Made by a program: the position numbers and the translations under genes. Shown here one piece after another: positions 41,494 through 64,000 of a DNA stretch of 64,000 nucleotides (the first letter of the stretch is position 1; every line of letters starts with the position of its first letter). The DNA lies in NCBI GenBank assembly GCA_963693365.1, contig CAVNZM010000001.1, positions 17,479,840 to 17,543,839 of the forward strand. The letters run 5' to 3'. Source of the stretch: Amoebidium appalachense. Lineage: Eukaryota > Protista > Ichthyosporea. The notes beneath the pieces are model-generated. The model ran no database searches, had not been told where the DNA came from, and saw only the letters and a program-made list of their open reading frames with translations.

Positions 41494-42120
41494 CTACCTC
41501 ATCAGACTGAGCAAGGAGATGAGCACAACTCCCCCACATAGCAAAAACGGCAAAAAGGCAGCCGGGCGCACCTGCAACACACCCTTGAAGTCCACCTCCA
41601 TAGTGTAGAAGTGGGTGTGGGACAGCAACATCAACCCCACACACACACCCACGGTTGTACCCACAAGGCCGAAATTCCACGCCAGGATGATTAGCTGTCC
41701 GAAAAACCCACACCAGAAGGACACCTTTCTCATCCCGGCCACCCACCGCTTTGGCTCTGCTTTCAGGTCGGACAAAGTTGCACCGATGCTCCACCCGGAA
41801 AGAGGGAAAACGGGGATGTTTGGTGAGTCCCAATACTTGTAGGTCGAGTAGGCCGTGTGTGTCCACAGAAGGTAGGAGGCGTGGATTAGAAGGTCGTAGC
41901 GCATGCTGCTGAACATGGGCAAGAACGCAAGGGCCAAAATGGTAATTCCGACTAGGGAGATGACCTTGTTCATCTGCACGAGTGTGTGGTCGACACCTTT
42001 GCTCACAGTTAAAACTTCGGTGAGAAGCGCAAAGTCTAGGGTCTTTTTGGTCTTACAATAGGCGGTGTAGAGAAAGAGATAGTAGGCGAACACGCCACCG
42101 GTGACCAACAGAGCAGACAT
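41494..42120 (-). CDS. Uncharacterised multi-pass membrane protein, possibly ferric reductase-like (STEAP/MsrQ-type) transmembrane domain; intronless, 208 aa
   Basis: Clean repeat-free ORF from ATG 42120 with 5-6 hydrophobic segments. Motifs NKVISLVGITILALAFLP, WTHTAYS and SHTHFYTMEVDFKGVLQVRP. Confidence 0.8.
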   Translation of the reverse strand: MSALLVTGGVFAYYLFLYTAYCKTKKTLDFALLTEVLTVSKGVDHTLVQMNKVISLVGITILALAFLPMFSSMRYDLLIHASYLLWTHTAYSTYKYWDSPNIPVFPLSGWSIGATLSDLKAEPKRWVAGMRKVSFWCGFFGQLIILAWNFGLVGTTVGVCVGLMLLSHTHFYTMEVDFKGVLQVRPAAFLPFLLCGGVVLISLLSLMR

Positions 42121-43378
42121 TCTTAGTCTTCGAAGAGAATAACTTAGCTTTCCCAAATAGGTACAACCTCACTGTGTCAGATGGAGGCCCGAAGCCTACA
42201 AAATCAACACGTGTGCACTGACCGTCGAAGTTTGAGCTCGTAACGTCGTGAGTGTGAAAGGGTCTGAAGTTGCACGGAAAAAACGGTGGGGTGGAGAGTA
42301 GGGATATGGTGGTTGTTTCTGTCTGCCTGCAGGTGCCTGTCAAGGCCTCGTTGTATTTTTTTTTATAATGGACTTTATTTCCCGACAACGAAGAGCTCGA
42401 TCAGGCCATAGCAGGCCAGAACAATGACCATCAAAAAATGCAAAACGTGCAATGGGTGCGTCTGCTGATTGGTTCGCAAGGTTTTGGCGTACGTGAGCTG
42501 CCCTGGGCCAGCTGAGCATCACTTGAGCCGACTCAGTCACTGTCGACTGCCCGGTCACCGGTGACCGTGCCCGTGTGGATACGTATGTGCATGCGCGCGC
42601 GTGCGTGCGTGCGTGCGTGCACGTGTTACATGTGTGCGTGACGTGCGTCTGTTCACGCGTGTTTACGCATGCATGGGCGGAGATGTAGGAGGCCTCTTGT
42701 GTGTGTGTGTGTGTGTTTGTGTATGTGTGTGTGTACGTGTGTGTGTGTATACACGTGGGTGGGGGGATGGAATCCTGAACGCATCAACTCGATGGACACA
42801 TCTGCAGTCTCTTGAGTTTTCCATTTGCAAGCGGGAGCGGTGCGGGCAGGCTGAGCTCAGGTCAGCACTGGGGCAAGCACATTCTTTACAAAAATTACCC
42901 CTATTATGTACTCGGATGTCGGAATACATATATGAAAATGCCCGAAAAATTGTCAATTCGCAGAATATATACATTCGTTCCATTCGAGTCCATGCCTATT
43001 CGTGATGTTTGACTACCAAAAAAAGAACCCAAAACAGAGCGAGGAAAGCACACTGAACACCTTAACACCTTGTTATGACATAATGATTGCAAAAGATGGA
43101 CAACGGTAGCAAATTCAAGTCGAAAAAAATTACGTGAGAGCGTAGAGAGCACAACATGGAAGGACAGCGGGAGTTGAGAAACAGAACCTACGTGCATGCT
43201 TGGATATGAAGATTATGCCACTATTTGTATCAGCTTATATAAGCTATAAGAAGAAGATTGAAGCCCCATGTATGGAAAAAAAACCCGTGACCCTGGCTGG
43301 TTTAAAAGGAAACCACCCACTAAACCTACCTGGATATCTTGGCTTTGCACTAGTCATACTCACATAGAGCATGGTACT

Positions 43379-57155
<13,777 letters not shown>

Positions 57156-57813
57156 GTTTGTTTAAAAGTCCCGATGCTCGAAAAAGTTGCTGCGCCCTAT
57201 GTTAACGACAGCCCAGTTGGTTTTGTGTTGGTGCCTCGGTCGCATGTGAGTGTGAGTGTGCGTGTGGTGTTGTGCAGGTATATGAGTGGGCAGGGAAGAA
57301 ATAGGGGTTGGGTTTGGGGGGTTCGGCCCGGGTAGGAACGAAGAGATGGGGGCCAGGCCCGGGGAGGACCCCAGTATTTTTAGTATTAGCTTGGGACTGT
57401 GTTTGTATCCCTGCTCAGCTCAATATCCGCTCCTTGTGTACACTTTCAACCTGTCGCTGCAGCCTGTCAACACCAACAGAACTTCATGCCCAGCACAACT
57501 TTATAATAACACAACTAATAGAGGCTTCGGCACCAGTGCGGAGTTGCCTACCGTAGTCTGACTCGCGAGGTGCAACATCATGCGCAGCTGCGATTTGGAA
57601 AGTGGCGCCAACAGCTACTCAATCGAATATATTCTTTATACCTAAATATGGCATAATAAAACGTTGCGCATTTAGCCAATCCCTGGCCGCACCATGATGG
57701 TGGGCCAGGTCGGAGCTGAGAGGCAGCGAGGCTGAGCTGCCCGAGGCCCGGAGAGGGGGGAGGGGAGGAGAGGAGAAAGAAAGAGAAGGCCTCTTGGGAG
57801 ATAAGAAGGCCCT

Positions 57814-57859
<46 letters not shown>

Positions 57860-58741
57860 GAGGTGGGGGGGGGGAGATTTTAGTTGGGGGCAGAAAAGTT
57901 TATTATAGTTGCGCTGCGACGTCATGAGGAAAGGGCCGAGTGAGGCTGTGATCCCGAGTGCTAGTTGACAGACTAACTTAGCCTAGGTATTTTGCACCCT
58001 TGAAAAAAAAGCAGTTGGATCCCCACGAGCAGGTAACGAGAAGAATGAATCTAAGTTGTTGCAGGAAACCCAAGGGAAGCGAGCCCAGAGTTGAGGGCGT
58101 ATGCAGCGGCAACACACTGGTTCCAAGAATTTCCTGGGTAAACGAACACGTAGTGCACATGGATGGCAAAACCGGACCTTATCTCTACATACTGCATACG
58201 GACCTACATACTGCATACGACATAAACCTAGAGAATGTTTCACACCAGCTTCAGAGGTAGTTTCGATATCCGCACAAATCAAGAGCTGCGCATGCTGCCA
58301 GCGACTAACAGAAGAGGGCGCATTCCAGCACGAATTATGCACCTCTTGCAATAACAAAACCTTACTTGCCCCTACTCGGCCCACCCACCTCCTCGCTCCT
58401 TCCCTCCCCCCTTCCCCAAACACACACAAACGCACACAAACACGCGCATGCGTGGACACCCGCAACAACCATCAATATCATTTATTCAGGCACAGTATAA
58501 TATACCGAGGAAACATCACATAGCAGTCACTGCGTTCAGTAACACCTATAAAAAAGGACACACATGCCATACTGTACAAAACTTTTTTACCCTGAAGTGA
58601 GCTGCAACTCTAGTTACTTCCACACACATAATTCCTCCCGAGCACCTCACTTGCACCTCGTGCCCTCCCTTCCACCGAGGAAAAAAACGGGAATGTAGCT
58701 GTAAAAACAGGCTTTCCCCTCTTTATGTGCACCAACTCAGC

Positions 58742-59293
58742 TTACTTTACGACCTTGTACACCACTTGAACAAAACCGTTTTCGTCGCTCACTTCGGTTT
58801 TCTTTAACTCTAGCTGAACCTCTCCGGTTGGTTTCGCAAACTCAAACATGGGCCTTCCCTGCCGCATCAATATGGGCTTGATGCACACGACCACCTCGTC
58901 CAGAAGACCCTGTTCAACAAGAGATCCGGCCAGTTTTGCACCTCCGACTACCCAAATCTTCGTTACCCTTCCATCCCTTGACAGCTCATCTATAATCTGT
59001 GCCGGTGTTTCGTGCTGGTGCACGACCACACTTAATGCGCAGCTTTTCACCTGGGAACTGGTTGTAAACACGTGGCAGGGGGTGTCTCCGTATGGCCAGC
59101 CAAGGCCCGCCAGTTGCTCAAATGTGGCCCTGCCCATGAACAGCACGTTAACGCCTGCCAAATACCTGTCGTAGTTTGCCTTCTCACACGGGGTCATGTC
59201 TCCAAGCCAGTCGAAGCTCCCGTCCTCCCGAGCAATGAAGCCATCCATGCTAGAGGCGACATAATAGCTGGTTATTGGTTTGACGTTGGCCAT
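58742..59293 (-). CDS. Dihydrofolate reductase-family / RibD C-terminal domain protein, bacterial type, intronless, 183 aa
   Basis: ATG at 59293. Motifs YVASSMDGFIAREDGSFDWL, LFMGRATFEQ, IWVVGGAKLAGSLVEQGLLDEVVVCIKPILMRQGRPMF and GFVQVVY are characteristic of the RibD_C/DHFR-like fold. Confidence 0.9.
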   Translation of the reverse strand: MANVKPITSYYVASSMDGFIAREDGSFDWLGDMTPCEKANYDRYLAGVNVLFMGRATFEQLAGLGWPYGDTPCHVFTTSSQVKSCALSVVVHQHETPAQIIDELSRDGRVTKIWVVGGAKLAGSLVEQGLLDEVVVCIKPILMRQGRPMFEFAKPTGEVQLELKKTEVSDENGFVQVVYKVVK

Positions 59294-61378
59294 TTTTGGT
59301 GGGCTAGGGTGTCGTTCGAGAGTGGTTGACAATAGAAGTATCTGTGAATTATGGATGAGTTAGGTTGGACCGAGTATTATATAGTTGACGTTGCCTGAAG
59401 CTGGCGGTGTCCTGACGTAAGGACAAATACAGGCGTGCTGACGTCCTGTTCTTCGGTGCGGTTGACAGGTGTGTAACAACCGTATACAGCGTATACCATG
59501 GCCAGTGACGTCGCCAGCCTGTAAACGACACGGTAGTGGGAGTGTCACAGAAAGGAACAAGTTGGGTGATAGAGCGAGGAGATCGTCCTCAGCGTTGCAA
59601 CTGGATACGTATGCTTACATAGCTGACGACTGCCCATGTACCTACATGTAGATTATTCGCTATATTTTTTCTATTTATTTAATATAAAACCCTTCGTTTA
59701 TTTGTTGGATAGCCTACTCCCAAGCGTCATGCATAAAGAGTTCAACACTGACGTCGACAGCCCTGACTGACGCTTGAATACGTTGTGCTGTCACAATCAA
59801 CTCTCAGGTCCGGGTCATATTCAGGTCAGAGGCCACAGAGGCCCAACTCCTCTATCATGACTTGGTGGCAGAGAAGGTACGGTCCATGCGTACCTCTGGG
59901 TTGACCTGGCCTGCGGCGTGCGCAGAGGCGTCAAAGACGTCGGGACGCCGTCTTCCAGACCGGGGGAATGTCACGAGTGTCCCACAATCAACACGAATTT
60001 GTGTCTCATGTCCGGGTCATATCTGGGTCAGAGGCCACAGACAACAGAGGCCCAGCTGAGGCCAACTCCTCGTGCCTCGATGCGATTGGCACCGACCGCA
60101 CCTGTGACGTCCTGTGTGAGGTGACACCCTTGTAGAGTTCACATGCTGTGGTTGCTAATTCTCAGAAGACATCGACCAGGAACCCTCGTGATCAGTGTAT
60201 GATTTTGGCAATCCTCTGAAACTCCTCTCTGCTACTAGTACTGCCTCAGGCTGCCAGAGTCTCCAGTCTATAGTAGACATCCAGTCAAAAGGGGAAAAAA
60301 AAGAAAGGCAGACAGGGCTGATATTCCAATACAGTACCTGCAGGGCAAGCATGCGATGATGCGCGGACCAATCATTAGTTGCAGCAGGTACGTGTAGCAC
60401 CAATATTACGGGACCTGTCACCTGCCCAGACAACAAGTATTTTGTTTGCAGTGTTTAAGTTGTTCTATTATATACATGCCATATAATAGCTACAGATACA
60501 GCGTACAGGCGAGTCCCTCAGTCGCCCTTGCGATTCCCTCTACGCAGTGCGTACCACGTGCACGTGTTTTTACGCCTTTCAAGATCATCACTGAGTCAGT
60601 GCTGGTGATTTCCTCCAATCAAAACAAACCTGTTACACATTCTTTCTCATATACAACAGGCAGCATAAAGATCAACAATTGGCATCTCAAAGCATATGTA
60701 GTCCGGACTCCCTGTTACGCCTATTCCGCTCGTTTTGTTTACTTCTGTATGTACGCTTCCATTACCAACCGATTTCATAAAGCCGGGACTGCATAACATA
60801 GGCAAATAAGCAATGCAGGCCGCTAGAGCCACCGGCCCACCAGGCCTCTCCAGTCTTCGGTCGCGAGAGTGAGACTCGCGACTCGCGGAGTTCGGTTGCG
60901 TCTAGTTAAATTTGCACACACAATTTACAAAAACATCGTCGAGTTTTGATTGGAGCTGCGAACTGGAAGATGGGGATCCAATTCCAAGAGCATGGCAAAT
61001 ATTTTTTATGTTTTTGGTCATCATACTGGTGCAGAATTTGACTGTGGAACGTACCGTAAGAGCAGGGTACATGTGTAATAAGTAGGGGCTCTTTAGTAGA
61101 TTTTTTTAATATTTGAAAAGCAGTTGGAAGAACATCTATTTTGTGTATACACATTTAACAAGCTACGTCTTCCAGCTGTCTAACTCCTTAGATTTACTTT
61201 TTTCAGATTCGTCATCACAAATTCCTCTTCTGTCTGTCTATAAAGCCTCATCGACCAGTGTCACAGTGCCGGCACAGCCCTCTGAAAAAAAGTCCCGGCC
61301 AGTCTGTTACACCTCTTGGCGTCCAGTAAACACACAAACTTCAGTTTCACATCCACTTTTAGAGCAACAATCATCAAC

Positions 61379-62570
61379 ATGCACGTACTTATTTTGAGCT
61401 CTGCCGCGTGTTTCGCCAGTCTGGCGCTGCTGAACACGGCCCAGGCATCGTCCTTCAAGGACGGTGCCCCCGCTCTCTGGCTTCCAGCTGAATACCAAAT
61501 CCCCGCCGCGGAGAGTGACTTTGCATGCATGGCGCAGGCGGCTGAAAAGGCCGGCGAGAAAAACGCAACAAAATGGCTCGAAGACTTGTGGGGACAGCGC
61601 CAAATGGTTCTCCTTAAGGTGGACGAAGAGCTTACCACACTATCGGACTACAAGAAATTCATGGCCACTAACGAGGAGGTCTGGGCCGCAGACAACACAG
61701 ACGTTAACGGCAAATCCGTCAGTCCAATGATTGTCGGCTACGGGCTGGGCCTGTACAAAGGGCTCAAAAACGTGGCTGCATTCATGCTGACGACCGACGA
61801 CAGAGACATGAACGATGGGATTATGCTGTGGAGCGCCAAAGATCCTAATGGGTCTGCCCCAGACATCAAAATGTTTTTCGAAAACAACACGGTGGCGGTG
61901 AATGTGGCCGTGAAGGACTACGACATTCGCTTTGGCTGCCGCGACACAAACGGGCTGACGGGCTACAACGGCTCGTGCTGACACCCCCCATCAAGATTTC
62001 CTATGCTGCCCAGGTGAGCTTCATGCCATGCTCTCCAAAGATCCGTCAGTACGTCAATGTTTTCAACGCCGAATTCAACTACAACGTGGCACGTATTGTC
62101 GGTAACATAGGCTACGAGTTCTGCACCATTCACGCAAACCACTGCACAGGCAAGAACCAGCAGTTCAAGTCCATGAAGGAGTGTCTTGCATATGTGGACG
62201 CCACACCGTCGTTCAGCTGTGCCGATTCAGCCGTTAAAACGTTGGTGGCAACAGCATCGCCTGCCGCCGTTTGATTGCCAACTCGGCCAGATTTGACCCG
62301 GACTATGCATGCCCCCTCGTGGGCAGGCAGAGCAGTGTGTGCGCCGACCACCTTTGCATCGGCCGTAAGCTTGCCTGCAAGAGCAAGCCCGGGGACATCA
62401 ACTACAGCCCCATCAAGCCCACGCAGTGTGACTCCAAGTACCGCTTCCCCTGCTCCAAGATCAATGCGAAGGAGGGGGGCAAGCACCCCCTGTTTGCACA
62501 ACATGACTGTGTCTGCAAGAGCGGGTATACCTTTAATGCCGACATGCAGACCTGCGAGAAGAAGAAGTAA
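61379..62570 (+). pseudogene. Secreted Cys-rich protein with C-terminal EGF-like motif, split by two single-base frameshifts (pseudogene or sequence error)
   Basis: ATG 61379 (CAAC-ATG) and signal-peptide-like MHVLILSSAACFASLALLNTAQA. Three ORF-track pieces (61316-61981, 61975-62274, 62271-62570) each need a -1 shift (near 61970 and 62240) to join. Motifs HCTGKNQQFKSMKECLAY, GGNSIACRR, DPDYACPLVG, CVCKSGYTFNADMQTCE. Confidence 0.75.
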
Positions 62571-63027
62571 TGCTGATAATCATGAGGCCTACGTACTGTA
62601 GCCGTGTAGTAGGAGCATCCTTTAAATTTTCTCGGATTTTTTGGTTGTTTCAGTGCTTTCGGCCCCCACTGTTTAATATACTGCGTCGAGCCACTAGTAT
62701 TGTCTGTGTTATCCTACTCCCTGACCTGAGATGATTGTAAATGCACCTAGTTACGGGCGCCACGGTAATAGCTTCTCAGTAAGCCTTAATGAATTTTGTG
62801 TAAAATACATATTTTTGAATGTCTCGGTATGTTTCGAATAATGGTACCTCAGTAAAATAAATGGACGATGATCTGTGTACACAGTCTGTGCTCCGACAAA
62901 ATTTAGCATGATCGCCGCACTGCTGCATTACATGGCGGGGATTAAAACACAAGCACAAAGGACAAAGATTACCGTAGCACCCCGAAAAACAAACTGGCTT
63001 GGCACACATCTGGATGCCAGACCATGC

Positions 63028-63058
<31 letters not shown>

Positions 63059-63729
63059 CCACCCCACCCCACCCCACCACCACCACTCGCACACACACAC
63101 ACACAAAAGGGGGTTCGATAGAGAAATCACGTGCACATGCATACAAGCAGATATTATACAACCTCTCTCCACACACATAGTCACATGGATTGCACACATA
63201 CCCCATCACACAAACACACACCCGCGCGCTCGCACATTAACACACGCACAGTGGTACGCCGACGACTCACCAATGTACATGTGTCCGTCGTTGCCCATGC
63301 ACAGTACCACACGTACACGTGCAACACTATTTAAGTAGCCATATTCGAGCATGTGCTATCGATATGTATGTCAGTGAACCGCTCAGAGTACAGTTCTTAA
63401 TATACCCAGGCCTAAGACTGTCCTCAACACTTGTTCTGTGCGCACATATGCACCGGAAGGCACAACACTAAGGGTTTTTGAATTTCCAATGGGGGGTGGG
63501 GGGGAGAGGAGGGGGAGAGTAGTAATTATCGACGTCCCCCCCGGTAGTACCCACCTTCCCCCCTCCCCTCCGGTACCCAATCCCTGGTTGTGGGTGGTTC
63601 CCCCCCCTACCCCCTCCCCCCCCCCCCCCCCCCCAGGCTCCCCAAGGTAGCCGCAGCGGTGGGTGGGTTCCCTCTCCCCCCGGGGGGGGGGAAGGGGGGC
63701 GGGACCCACCTGGGTGAGAGGGGTAGTGG

Positions 63730-63779
<50 letters not shown>

Positions 63780-63956
63780 ACCCCCCCACCCCCCACCCCT
63801 AGCCCCCGCGCAGCGTGATGATGGCCAGAGTCTCTTTTCACCCACCATGGCAAAAAGTTTTATTCATTACTTTATTCTTGGGGGGGGGAGGAATTGCTTC
63901 CGTTTTGGTCATTCAGACATGTCCCCCCCTCTCCCCCTCTCCCAAACACACAAACA

Positions 63957-64000
<44 letters not shown>

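Noticed and set aside
58000-58523. Overlapping ORFs with a CxxC..CxxC-like segment upstream of APC5
   Set aside because: No recognisable domain, no consistent frame or splice structure; insufficient support.

Overview
Eukaryotic nuclear DNA, rich in (CA/GT)n, (GA/CT)n and long C/G homopolymers, with an intron-rich protist-like style. A unicellular opisthokont is plausible but cannot be proven from the window. Almost all ORF-track entries are microsatellite noise. Manual splicing recovers two large minus-strand genes, NAA25/MDM20 (about 29 exons, ~926 aa, 3298-26302) and APC5/ANAPC5 (about 20 exons, ~797 aa, 43379-57155), and a two-exon 2OG-Fe(II) oxygenase (27667-30089). Five intronless units contrast with these: a secreted 6-Cys-repeat protein running off the left edge, a decayed C2H2 zinc-finger gene, a STEAP/ferric-reductase-like membrane protein, a bacterial-type DHFR/RibD-C protein and a frameshifted Cys-rich secreted protein. 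The most interesting signals concern splicing. (1) Introns often follow a sense-strand pattern GT-short-(C)n ... (CA)nG without a U-rich pyrimidine tract. (2) In both large genes the last exon starts in frame right after (CA)n-CG instead of (CA)n-AG, suggesting GT-CG introns; a 10-nt microexon is a canonical alternative in APC5. (3) A ~110-145 bp repeat family sits between G/C runs inside introns, in one orientation relative to host transcription. The gene-free 32-41 kb interval holds a perfect 41-bp palindrome, a 43-bp hairpin minisatellite and a diverged ~650-bp direct repeat. All homology calls are from recognition of translated motifs, not database searches.
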